Of a stretch of DNA of 64,000 nt, positions 13,860-26,793 are shown piece after piece (the first letter of the stretch is position 1; every line of letters begins with the position of its first letter). The stretch lies in contig OX597820.1 in NCBI GenBank assembly GCA_951406725.2, forward strand, positions 24,738,001 through 24,802,000, written 5' to 3'. The notes below the pieces were generated by a model. The model saw nothing but the letters and a program-made list of their open reading frames with translations. It ran no database searches and was not told the DNA's origin. This DNA is from Octopus vulgaris. Lineage: Eukaryota. The translations under genes and the position numbers were made by a program.

Positions 13860-14480
13860 TAACAAATATACTTAGAAAAACTACATAAAAATATCTTGAA
13901 ATACTAAAGAGTAAGTATATTCAATAAAATCACCATTGGCTTCAACTACGGCTTCCAAATGACTTTAGAATCTCCTGCGACTCTTCTGGATGGTCTCCTT
14001 GTTTAAGTTGGCATGGTGCAGGGTCTTGTTGCCAGACATGAGGTCTTCTAGCAACCACTCTCTAGACCGAGGGCTGCGCTATCTCTTTAAGGCACTTGAT
14101 GTAGGCCTCCGTGCAGTGTCTGAGTGGTAGAATGAATGGAGGCATAACGTCGCTATCACTAGTGGTCACTCAAAACACCATGATGTTAACTGGATGCTTG
14201 ATTATTATCACTCTCGGTACATGTCCTTAGGTTGCACTTCCTCAGATTGATACCCAGACACTCTGAAATGTTCGCATTGGAGCTTCTGTCGTGAATGCCA
14301 AGCAGTACAGCATGTCGTTTCCAAAGTTTGGTGGAGAGAATTACGTCATGGTGCTGTTTTCCTCAGAGACGGTGCTCATCTAACCCTACTATACTGCGTA
14401 GTCGACAAAACCGAAAGCAAACAAGGCGCATGCGCGAAATAAAAAATACAAAATGGCGACAATTTAGCCTTTGCACCCTG
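13860..14480 (-). mobile_element. Tc1/mariner-family relic, same family as 4010-4680
   Basis: Ends in aaatggcgacaattt...caccctg|ta (TIR plus TA). Internal sequence is reverse-complement similar to 4010-4680. Confidence 0.8.
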
Positions 14481-14858
14481 TATATATATATGAAGATCGT
14501 AGGACATTCACAAACCATAGGCTCATAGGCCGGTTTCCCGGATACTATGGCGAATATTTGTTCCCCCCTCACTCATTGTTGCCAGCAGAATGGACAAACA
14601 GGAAGTTAGTGCATTTCTCGGGTACATAACGTATCACCAGGTCCTGAGAGCACAACCTTATGATTTAGTGCAGAATCCTAGCACTAAACCGCTCACATCC
14701 ACATAAATACACAAACACAAATATACACATGTAAGTCTGTACGTATGTGTATGTATATATAATTGTGCTCTTCTTTAATAGTGCCATGGTTATTTTCATG
14801 CTATCATGTGTACCAGACTCTTTCGTCCTTCTATAAGTCTCTTTCTCTATCTCCTAGT

Positions 14859-14908
<50 letters not shown>

Positions 14909-15214
14909 TACATATATACATATACATATACTTACATACACAGACACGCAACACAGACATATTTTTTACGGATATGTTTTTCTCCATCCGATAACTCAAA
15001 AACCATCATATAATACTACACAATAAAGTTCTTTATTCATCATAATTTAATTGAAATAGTATAATGTAGTTGGAACAATTGACAACAAGCGAAGTGCAGA
15101 TTCAATGCTATTTTGACCAATATTTTTTGACCATTAAATTAATTTCACAAAGTAACAGAGAACGGGGAAGAATAAAGTGATAAAATATTTTTCCTTTTTC
15201 TTTCCGATTGTTGG

Positions 15215-15965
<751 letters not shown>

Positions 15966-16218
15966 GGGTAAATTTCCCCCACCGCAATGTTTATAGGTTG
16001 CATTCGACGCCTGTATTGAAAGTACTTCTCTTTAATCTATAATCATCAGATGTGGTATGCTTTTTCTTTTACGTCTGCAACAGACGTTTTTGGTTAATCG
16101 CTTTCCTCACTACAGGGAAAAAAAACTGCTGCAACACAAGGCATGTTTGAGGGCGTGTGTGTGGTTTAACTAGCACGTGTTTCTGTCTTCATAAAGGCTT
16201 TTTTCGATATGTATACAG

Positions 16219-16262
<44 letters not shown>

Positions 16263-16312
16263 CATTATTATGAATAATTATAATCGTTATTAAAAAATTA
16301 AAATTTATTTTG

Positions 16313-16406
<94 letters not shown>

Positions 16407-16654
16407 TCATTATTACCACCATCACCATTTTTATTAGCATCTTCCAATTCTGTTTCCATTTTTTGTCGAGTGTCTTCCTGACACCTAGGGCAGAGAAACG
16501 TACTGTATGCATTGATAGGCCATTAAAACATGTTCACCAGATTGTTCATTTACAGAGTCATGTGATAGAGAAAAACAAGATAGAGAGAAAAAAGGAAAAA
16601 TAAAAAATAGAAAAGTAAACAAATAAAATAAAGAGGGGAAAAATAAAATTTACA

Positions 16655-17045
16655 GCGACAATGCTCTTCTCAATATGTGTGACGTACCAGTTAAGACAAT
16701 CTTTTGCACTTCTTGCATGGATGGTTAGCCAGAGTCATTCTTTAATAATTTTCAGTTCCTTTTTGTATCATTCTAAGTGCTTCTGCCATCATTGGTATTG
16801 TAATCGTCTTGAGATGCCACATCTTTTCGATTTCGATTAGCAGATCTTTATATTTTCTGAGCTTGTCAAATTCTTTTGCCGAGATATTATGGTCACAGGG
16901 TATTCTCATGTCAATCAATATACAGACTTGATTGCTTTTATCTTCCACAACAATATCTGGTTTATTTGCCTTGATGGTCCGATCTGTACATACTGGCAAG
17001 TCCAAAAGAATAGTTACATTTACTCCCTCAGTTACAGCCTCAGGT
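16655..17045 (-). mobile_element. 3' end of a second R4/Dong-like RLE non-LTR retrotransposon
   Basis: Reads DLPVCTDRTIKANKPDIVVEDKSNQVCILIDMRIPCDHNISAKEFDKLRKYKDLLIEIEKMWHLKT, then VQKIVLTGTSHILRRALS. Homologous to 7032-7522. Confidence 0.85.
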
Positions 17046-17054
17046 TGGTGCTTG

Positions 17055-17180
17055 TACCATTTGTTAGCACGTTGGACGAAATGCTTAGCAGTATTCGTCT
17101 GTCGTTACGTTCTGAGTTCAAATTCCACCGAGTTCGACTTTGCCTTTCATCATTTCAGGGTCGATAAATTAATTACCAGT
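17055..17180 (+). mobile_element. SINE family B fragment
   Basis: gttagcacg..gacgaaatgcttagc...ttacgttctgagttcaaattcc...gactttgcctttcat. Confidence 0.75.
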
Positions 17181-17222
17181 AAAACATTACAATATACAGT
17201 AAAACCTTGTTTGTAGGAATGG

Positions 17223-17223
<1 letters not shown>

Positions 17224-17269
<46 letters not shown>

Positions 17270-17313
17270 CTTCCTATTATTATCATTATTATTGTTATTA
17301 TTATTATTAATGG

Positions 17314-17409
<96 letters not shown>

Positions 17410-17414
17410 GTTAC

Positions 17415-17471
<57 letters not shown>

Positions 17472-17524
17472 TTAATATTTAGGAATTATTATTATTATTA
17501 CTATTATTATTTTGATTATTATTA

Positions 17525-17600
<76 letters not shown>

Positions 17601-17610
17601 CATTATTATT
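17224..17610. repeat. (TTA)n microsatellite
   Basis: Seen directly. Confidence 0.95.
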
Positions 17611-18351
17611 GTCTGACGTACTCAGCTTGTTGCTAGATGTGTCACAAACGCACTAACTATTATTCACTTCTCGTGTACTATGATGGTATCTTTTTAAATT
17701 TCGAGGTATATTTCGAGACTCCTTACCCTACCAAGGACTGCTGTTCCCTGGATGTGCACTATTTTCATTTATATACTTCTCATTTCCAACCACATTTTTC
17801 ACTTCTTTGCTCACTATACCTACGGCACCAAGAACTATTGGAACAATATATACTTCAGTAATCTAATTTATATTACATGCATTCACAGCCTATCTGGGTA
17901 TAGTTTTGTACGCATTGGGCATATGCACTACATTATTATTTCGTATTTGTGTTTTTCTACTGAATTCACAATATCTTATGTGGTATTTGTTCTATGCTAT
18001 ATATTTATGTTTCAATTCCTTTATAGTATATATTGGCCTTCGATGGTGTTGATAGATCGATTAAGTATTTTTCCATGTGGTTTCTAACAATTGCATCCGG
18101 ATGATTTGTTTTATTCTCAATGTTTGCATGAATCGATCTAGTCAAAAGTATGTTACATTTATCGTTCTCTGCAACATTTGTGCGATATTCTTCAATGCAG
18201 TCATAATTTCTAGTGAATTAAAGCGCCCACTACTCTCTCGTTTTTTGCATGAATATATACATGTATGTGTCCTATATATTTACGTATTTATATATGTATA
18301 TATATATGTGTGTGCATACTTTTATATGCCTATGTGTGCTTATACGTATAG

Positions 18352-18418
<67 letters not shown>

Positions 18419-18559
18419 AGGGGGAGATAAATAGATAGATAGATTAATGGGTAGGTAGGTAGGTAGGTAGATCGAAAGTTTGAAAGTATTAATCCAATAA
18501 GTATATAATGTTCTTCCCAAACCCTTTTAATGGTTTAATTGAGAAGAAGCAGGACAATG

Positions 18560-19000
18560 CGAGGTTATTAAAGGTGATGTTAAAGGTTTGATGATAAAGG
18601 TTTGATGTTCAATTTGGACATCTGCACGTCGTCAATTTCAGGAAATAATTACGGAGGTGGAGCGGAGAATTCAAAAGAGAAGACGTTGTGGACGTGGTAG
18701 TTGAAACGGATCAGATAATCTGCTACTTCTGGTCTGTGATATTGAACAAACTGTGGCTCACAAGTGGAGAAGAGACGGATGTGTAGAATAGGCATGACGA
18801 AATTGGTAAATTAGTAAACAAGAAGCTGCTCAAAAGTAGCGTTGAAATATTCACAGTGTATGAGCCATAGGTTAGAATGTGTTGATATGGGTGGTACTTG
18901 ATATGGGAGTTTTGTAAAGTGTTAGAAGCTGGTTAGAACTTAAGTATTTTCTGGACATGAAAAAGGAATTTATGCTTTGAGGTTGGAGTTTTGCTATGGT
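18560..19000 (-). mobile_element. Highly decayed LINE RT C-terminal remnant
   Basis: The minus strand reads SRKYLSSNQLLTLYK, resembling the LLxLYKxxIRP region of CR1/L2/Jockey-group ORF2. Many disruptions. Confidence 0.45.
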
Positions 19001-19149
19001 ACGAACGCGTGATTGTTCGCCAAGAGATATATCATTAGGGATCATGAGATACAAGATAGCATGGTTATATGGTAAGAAGTTTGCTCCCAACGACATTATT
19101 CTGTGTTCAATCCTACTACGTGGACTATACATACATATATGTATGTGTG

Positions 19150-19362
19150 TGTTTGTGATTGTGTTATTCTTCCACTGCCGCTTGACAATCGGTGCTAGCT
19201 TGTTTACGTCCCCGTATCTTATCGGTTTGGCAACAGTAACCGATAGTAAAAGTTCCAGGCTTTAAAAAAATAATACTGGTGTCAATTCATTCGACTAAGA
19301 CGGTGCAAAGTGATGCCTCTGCGTGGCCGAAGTGTAATGACTGAAACACGTAAAAGATAAAA
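19150..19362 (+). mobile_element. SINE family A 3' half
   Basis: cgcttgacaa.cggtgct...tttacgtccccgta...gactgaaac..gtaaaagataaa. Confidence 0.75.
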
Positions 19363-19830
19363 TATGGGTGTTTTTAGCTTTGTTTATTCGAAAATAGAGG
19401 GAGTGAAGCGTAGGATTATTTCTTTGATATTTGTCTTTGATTTGTTGAAGGAGATAAAACTGCGATGTCCCCAGTGGAGAGCATTACGGCGATAACAGAT
19501 CATGCAGGGAGAGGCGATTCGATGTAAGACGTCTAAGTTGAGTGTGGATGACATATCTGTATAGAAATGGAGTAAAGAGTGGTATCTTCAATATAGAAAT
19601 GATATTAGAGGTGATAGTAAACTATTCATTGGCGTACAGACCTAGCCGTATCTCGGCGACCTAACCGAATCTCGAAACAAATTTGAATCTATAGAGTGCG
19701 GCTGATTATCTGTTGATAGTTTCCCTCGTTAACGCATTCTGAGAGGACACTTCTAATATAAGAGACGACAAATTGAGGAAGGCCATGGGTTTGCAACAAA
19801 CTGTGAAATTTTCATAGGAAATTATTAATG

Positions 19831-20460
19831 AATAATTAATGAACCAGTCTGAGTACAGCAGACATATTTTATTTTATGTTTGATCACTTCAAACAAATAA
19901 CGCCTCTGACCCTGGCAATATATCGTATAATACCTTAAAGGATAATGATACACATATGCTCTTACCTTCACCAAACTATTCAATGTTTCACTATCCACTG
20001 AGAAATACGATTTGTTGATGTCAAGTTCGACGACATAGCTGTCACCAACTTTCTAAGGTGTAATGGCTCCCAAGAGACTGGAATAGGGAAGCATGTTTCC
20101 AGTAAATCTGTCTCAACATAAACTGTACTGGGATCACTGAAGAAGAAATGAGACACAAAGAGCCAAAGATGGTGATCGTTAACGTCTATTTCCATCACTT
20201 TTGAGGTGTCGAAACGATAGGTTAATAATTGGTTGTGTCAGAGTAGGGACTGACTCAATGTGGCACTTTTCCATCGATTCAGATATTTCTCAGTGGATAG
20301 TGAAACATTGAATAGTTTGGTGAAGGTAAGAGCGTCTGTGTATCATTATCCTTTAAGGTAATATACGATATATTGCCGGGGTCAGAGGCGTTATTTGTTT
20401 GAAGTGACCAAACATAAAAGAAAGTATATCTGCTGTACTCAGACTGATTCATTAATTATT
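19831..20460. repeat. Long inverted repeat: arms about 19831-20007 and 20284-20460, spacer about 275 nt
   Basis: For example ctcttaccttcaccaaactattcaatgtttcactatccactgagaaata pairs with tatttctcagtggatagtgaaacattgaatagtttggtgaaggtaagag. Few mismatches along the arms. Confidence 0.93.
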
Positions 20461-20879
20461 GAGGTTTAATAAGTTTGCTTTCTGTGTAGTTTTCAATATC
20501 TGTTTCTTTATGACGTGTGATATTTAGTAGACGTTATTAACGTACCTCATTAATGTTGCTTTGGCGCATCTTCCGTATAAATTTTTAATTCCCTATTTTT
20601 AATTAAATTTACAAAATTGTCTTCAATTTACCCAAGGTAAGTAATTTTGTTATTGGTATTGGACTCGTACTTGCTTTTGTTGTTGGTGCTGTACTGATGA
20701 CTAATATTTCGACTAAAAAAATATTCTAATAGTTAATCTATCTTACTTAGAACTTTCTTTTTTCTCTCATATCAGTCGGTTATTCTTTTGTCGATCAATA
20801 ATTTATTTTGACTGTCATACGAGTCTTAGCGCCATCACTACGTTCTTAAGATTGTATGATAACGTACAATCTTAAGAAT

Positions 20880-21285
20880 ATTTTATTCTCTTGCTTGTTT
20901 CAGTCATTTGACTGCGGCCATGCTGGAGCACCGCCTTAAAGGGTGTTAGTCGAAGAAATCGACCCCAGGACTTATACTTTGTAAGCCTGGTAGTTATTCC
21001 ATCGGGCACTTTTGCCGAACCACTAATTTACCGTGATGTAAACACACCAGCATTGGTTGTCAAACCATGTTGTGTGTGGGGGGGGGGGGGGGGCAAAAAA
21101 ACACACACACACACATGCAGGCACGTGAACACAAATATATATATATATACGACGGGCTTCTTTCAGTTTCCGTCTACCAAATTCACTCTTAAAGCTTTAA
21201 TCGACCCGAGGCTATAGTAAAAGGCAGTGGGATTGGACCCGGAACCATGTGGTTAGTAAGCAAGCTACTTACTACACAGCCACTA
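20880..21285 (-). mobile_element. SINE family A
   Basis: Reverse complement of the family A consensus: ttgtttcagtcatttgactgcggccatgctggagcaccgcc...ggaaccatgtggtt..taagcaagctactta. Confidence 0.9.
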
Positions 21286-21969
21286 TATAACTTTTTTCTT
21301 CTGATGTAGACGTTGATCTTTCGGAATAATAGTTATGTTAAGAAATTTTGAACCTTAGGTTGGTAAATCATGGACTCGTTGGTCGGATCATTTGTCCTGT
21401 TGTCATCCTTCTGTATAAAGATGCTTAAGTGGTCGCTGAACCATTTGAGAGTTGTTTAAGTCTCTTTCAGTTACAGAAAACATTTGAGACTGCGCTAAGG
21501 ATATGGATACGTATTAGGATATTTATCCAAAAGTTTGGAACATTATTTGAACTTCTAGATAAGATTTTATGATTTGGACATTTTTTGGACATTTTTATGT
21601 CTAATGATCCAGTGACTCTCAATGCGCTTTCTTTAAGCATTTTCATTTCAGTTGAGGTTGTTGTTGCTGTTTGGTCTCTATTATATGCTGTAGGAGTTTA
21701 TTGAGAACCATAAAATTCATAATTTCTTTTGAAATTGTATAATTTTCCGGAACATTTGTCATTTGAATTGATGTAAAAGTCCATAAAAGTCCAGCACATT
21801 GGTATCATTTATTGAAACTGTAATCTTCAGAAAATTTATTTTGAGGTGTTTATTTTCTAGAAATAACTGTAGTCATTATTTTCATCACGAAGAATTCACT
21901 GCAATTTGGTAACGATTGTCGCTTTTTAGCACTCTTTGATTTTAGGAATGAGTTTCATATATATATATA

Positions 21970-22815
21970 TTAAATTAATAATAGAAGGGTAAAATTTATC
22001 AATTAAATTAATTAATTAACAATTTTACCAAGTAGATCGGTGCGTTAAAATAACATTTATAGGTAAAATTATCCACGTAATTATAATTAGAGTTCAGCTA
22101 ACTGCTTCATCACACACCGAAATTAGAAATAGGAGTTAAAAATTCCCTTTCTGCTACTATACGAATCACCGTGAGATTCGTATGGAGATTCGTATTGTAG
22201 CAGAAAGTGAAATTTTAACTCCTATTTCTAATTTCGGTATGTGGTGAAGCAGTTAACTGAACTCTAATTATAATTATGTGGATAACTTTACCTATAACTG
22301 TTATTTTAACGTACCGATCTACTTGGAAAAATTGTTAATTAATTAAATAATTAATTAAACTAATTAATAAATTTTACCCTTCTATTATTAATTTAAAATT
22401 ATAATTTACTCCATGATAGAATACTGCGGTTTTTCTGCGGTATTGCTCGTAGCATACACGTGGGTATAGAGTTTGAATAGTATGTAATATTCGACTGTGT
22501 AAATTTTGGAAGTGTTGGTTGGATATCTGTTACTTGATGACGCTCGATTGCGTGCATATTCAGTCATAGCACTTTCAAATTTTATTAAAATTGGAAATAT
22601 TATACTGAAGAGAGAAGTAAGTAAAATTTAAATTACTTTAATCTCGAAACGCGTATATAATTAATCCTGGTCGTATTGATTCATTGTTTTTTTCTCTTTC
22701 CTTCTTAAAAAAGTATGTTTACCGTTATGGAGATTCGTATAGTAGCAGAAAGGGAATTTTTAACTCCTATTTCTAATTTCGCTATGTGGTGAAGCAGCTA
22801 GCTGAACCCTAATTA

Positions 22816-22822
<7 letters not shown>
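21970..22822 (+). mobile_element. Hammerhead-bearing retrozyme-like / non-autonomous Penelope-like element (inverted arm + 545-nt unit + partial tandem copy) in (TA)n
   Basis: 21970-22167 is the reverse complement of about 22186-22396. 22181-22277 recurs directly at 22726-22822 (offset 545). Hammerhead at 22599-22661. (TA)n on both sides and no ORF. Confidence 0.85.
22599..22661 (+). ncRNA. Type I hammerhead ribozyme motif with a full catalytic core
   Basis: attata CTGAAGA gaga-agtaa...ttact-ttaa-tctc GAAA cgcg TA tataat. Helix I is attata/tataat, helix II is gaga/tctc plus agtaa/ttact, and palindromic ACGCGT replaces helix III. Predicted cut after GUA (22655). Confidence 0.85.
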
Positions 22823-22877
<55 letters not shown>

Positions 22878-23109
22878 CTTTCAACTTTTCATTCATTTTT
22901 TCTGCAATTGTGTCTACGTTATTCAGTCCATAAACGATGAAGGAGCTTTTGTTTCAGTTATTATTCATCTCTAAGTTTGTTTCTACGGTGTTTGCTTGGA
23001 TTTATATGTTCACATGTGAAATGTTACGAGGAAGTACCCATTTTCCATTATGTCTTGCGTAGGAGTTGGCATCGATCAGTTGATTTATTCTGGAGCCATA
23101 GATATCATA

Positions 23110-23330
23110 TTGGATTGGCAAGAATCGGCAAAGCATCGGAAAAATTTTCACGCCGTATTTAGTTACGTCTCTCTAAGTTCTGAGTTGAAGTCTCACCGAG
23201 GTCAGCTTTACTCTTCATACTTCCGTTGTCGATAAAATAGTGTTACTGTACCATTCAAATAGTAGGTTCGATTTAATCGATCACACTGTTCCCCCATATC
23301 TTCAGGCATTATGTCTGTTTTAGAAATCAA
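23110..23330 (+). mobile_element. SINE family B, degenerate
   Basis: ttggcaagaatc...gttctgagttgaagtctcaccgaggtcagcttt...gtcgataaaata. Confidence 0.6.
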
Positions 23331-26313
23331 TATATTTGTTTACATCGTTTTCAAGTATATCTATAACGACTCAGTTTTGCTTCTTTTTGTTTAATGCTGT
23401 TGCTGTTTAACTTTTTAAATATTTTTTTTTTTTACGGAGGAAGAAGTGAGAAGCAGATTTTGTCTTCGATTTTCCTCCTCTTTTTTCTTCTTTAGTTTAT
23501 TGTCACATTAAAACCACTGTAAAACTTCATACGTTTACGTCTTTTCTATATTCACTTGTATCCCTATTTAAAATGTGATAGCTCGGTTTAGATTCTGTTG
23601 GTCATATCACATATGTTCTACATGTGCCCGCGAAAATTCCACGGTTATTTTGAAAACTGTAAGATGTTGGAAGTTTATCGAGAACTATAAAATGCTTTAC
23701 TTTTTTTTGAAATTGTAAATTTTTCTGGAACACTTGGTCCTTGAGATGATGTAAACGTCCACTATGTAGGTAATATTAAAAGTGTAGACTTTGGCGGGAA
23801 CACCTTTGAAAACTGAACTTTTTATACACTTCCCACCTCTCATACCTTGGGTATTGTTATTTACTATTTTCACATTACGTCAAGGAATAAACAGCCTTAG
23901 GTATGGAACAACATTAAAGACATAATCTAGTTATATTATTATTTTGTTATTTATGACTACATTGTTAAAGCTTTAACACATCTTAATACATTTTATTACA
24001 TTCTTATTTTGATATCACAGAAAAGTTCATAAGGTAATACTTGAACCCGAAGTCCCACTGAACGAAGTGTAGCAACTAAAACTCTCAGTTGAAGATTTAA
24101 AACTAAAACGACTAAATATGTCAGTTATACAGCTATGGCTATATTGTGAAAATGTTCGATTCGTTAACATTTGGTTCTAGGTTCGGTGCCGAAGCAAAGC
24201 ATTTTGAGTGTTTTCTGTAACGTAGTGTGCACTAACCTTTTGAGTAAAATTTAATCAGCAGGAACAAAATGGAAGCCCATCGCGTCTATGCATGTGTGTG
24301 TGTGTGTTTGTTTAGGCATGTAAGTGTGTGTGTATGTGTGTGTGTTTATGTATCTATGTATGTATGTAAGTGTGTGTGTATGTGTGTATGTGTATGTGTG
24401 TGTATGCGTGTGTATGTATGTGTGCGAGTCTGTGTGTACATGTGTTTGTGTGTGTTTGTGGGTGGGTGTGTATGTGTATGTATCTGTGTGTGTCTGTGTG
24501 TTTGTGTATATGATGTGCAGCGCGTAGCATAGAGGTAAAAAAGCCAAACTTGCAATCTTCAATTAAGGTCCCTCCGAAGGGTCCCTGGAGTAACATTACC
24601 TCGGCAGGGTGCGTAGCTCGGAGATCAGGGAATCTCTCCCATGTCCAGGCGTTGCTTCTCTGCATTGAGACGTCACAACCCCATGACAACAGACATGAGG
24701 TTAGAATACCACAGGAAAGGACAGCAAGACAGGTTCTTCAAGCCGCGTCATCTGGCCGGAGATCTTGAAATAGACCAAGAACGAAATGGGTGGGGAATAT
24801 CCAGACTCTCAGCTGGTCACACTTGGGAATCCAGCCGGAAAATGTAATGATGGGTGCTTTTGATAGGGCCCTAACGAAGAGGTGCTCGAGGACGCCACCC
24901 CTTACTACCCTCCTAGGAATAGTGGGCGGAGATAGGTGGATGACGGGATCCCAATTTCGTTTTGATTATAAGCATATAGTGAGGTGGAAGTACTCAAATG
25001 GACACGAGGAACAAGGTGTATAATTGATGTTTCAACAACGTGCGCACACCCGCACGTACACACTCGCACAGACACACACACTCACTCACACACACACACA
25101 CACGCGCGCGCGGGAACATAAAACTTTCATTTAATCATTTCTACAACTGTTTCCATGAACCAGGAGAAACCATTGTCAGCTCTATAATAATTACATAATG
25201 AATTAACTTATCTGTAGAATGTGATGTGAAAGTAATTTCGTAAGGAACGGTTTTGAAATAGGAAAATCAAAACACCGATTCTGTTATAAATATAACATCA
25301 AAAAAGAATATAAAAATAATAAGGGGGAAAATGAAATATGAATATGAAATATTTGTTGTTTGTCTTGTTTTTGTGTTTAGTCCTAGGTCCGTTAGCCGAA
25401 AATGTTAACGTCGTAGACAGATTTGTTTCCCCTGAGCGATATATTGTACACAGTGCTTCTGTAGAGGCTTGCTTTAAAACTAGCAGTGATAGAACTTTGG
25501 GTATTGTGTAAAAGTTGTTTTGCACTAATCAAATCGACAGATCTCTGTTTACAGACGATCTAGCAATGACACTCCCAGCTTATTTCTTCCGGTGTATTGT
25601 ATCTAGGATATTATTATGTCAAGTTTCCTTCCATTTTGTATGACGATGACTGCGTCAGACCAAACGATCACGAATAAAGCTGCCAAATTCGTACGAATGT
25701 ATAGAAATAAATGCCTAAATTTAGTCAGGCAAGTCATGAAACTTTCAAATGGTTGCTTTAATAATTATAATTTTCAAGTAATAATTGCAGCTTCCAACAT
25801 GATTAAAGATGGACGGAGGAATTATAGGTTTACGTTCTTCCCAGAATTTTAGAATAGATTTTCTTTCTATTTCTAACATACCTGTCTGTAGAACATCATT
25901 GTGATGCTATCCACCAAATAGCTCCCATACTTTTCTTTTTCTTTCAGTACAGTGTTTTCATGTGCTAGGTACAGACTATATCTATTCTAAAATATTAATA
26001 TTTATCGGTCCCAGTTCTTAATATTTATCCATCTAAGTCCTTTATATGCTACCTCTTTTACCGGCTCCAGAAGGAAGAAATGTGAAGTCGATTCGGAGCA
26101 AAAGGACAAATTGAACAAAACCGAATACTAATTGCTGTTATTCTCCCATCATTATGTGTATGTATGTATACTTGCATGCTTGAATGTATTGTATGTATGT
26201 ATGTATATATGTATGCATGCATGTATGTATGCATGTAGGTAGCAACTTCGAAGTAACAGTCAATACATACATATATGTATATATAAACATATATATATAT
26301 GTTTATATATACA

Positions 26314-26376
<63 letters not shown>

Positions 26377-26399
26377 TTATATAATAAATATGGATTTCA

Positions 26400-26610
26400 A
26401 TATGTGACAGCGTGTGTATCGTTGGCGATTTTCTTTCTCTGTCTTCCCTTCTTTGAACTTTTTCTAGATTTCTGATGAAGAGGTCCGCTCGAAACGTGAC
26501 ACCCTCTTTCTTTTCTTTTCTTTCCTGAGCGTTCAATAACACTGTACTGATTCCACGCCCTCGCGTTGTTGTTTTTTCTTGCTTGTTCATGTTTGGATTG
26601 ACTATATACA
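26400..26610 (+). mobile_element. Short pLTR-like repeat with a minimal hammerhead-like motif (26472-26500)
   Basis: CTGATGA agag-gtcc-gctc GAAA cgtgac. Homologous to 4846-5058 and 50392-50620, flanked by microsatellites. Confidence 0.65.
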
Positions 26611-26793
26611 TACGCAAATGTGTGTGTGTGTGTGTGTGTGTGTATACAAACAAAATTTTTTTTCATATATACAAACATAAATATATATATATAAATATAA
26701 CATACATACATGCACGCATACATACCTTGTGTTACATAGGAATTAACTGTTTCAGTCTAATGTACTAATACTTTTTTCTCTTCTATTTTGTAG

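Noticed and set aside
20580-20642. Strong donor-like cccaag|gtaagt as the upstream receptor exon
   Set aside because: The required phase-2 frame hits a TAA stop about 19 codons upstream, with no good acceptor or homology.
24530-25023. GC-richer stretch with several short ORFs
   Set aside because: No recognisable domain or splice signals. It is likely an unclassified repeat fragment.
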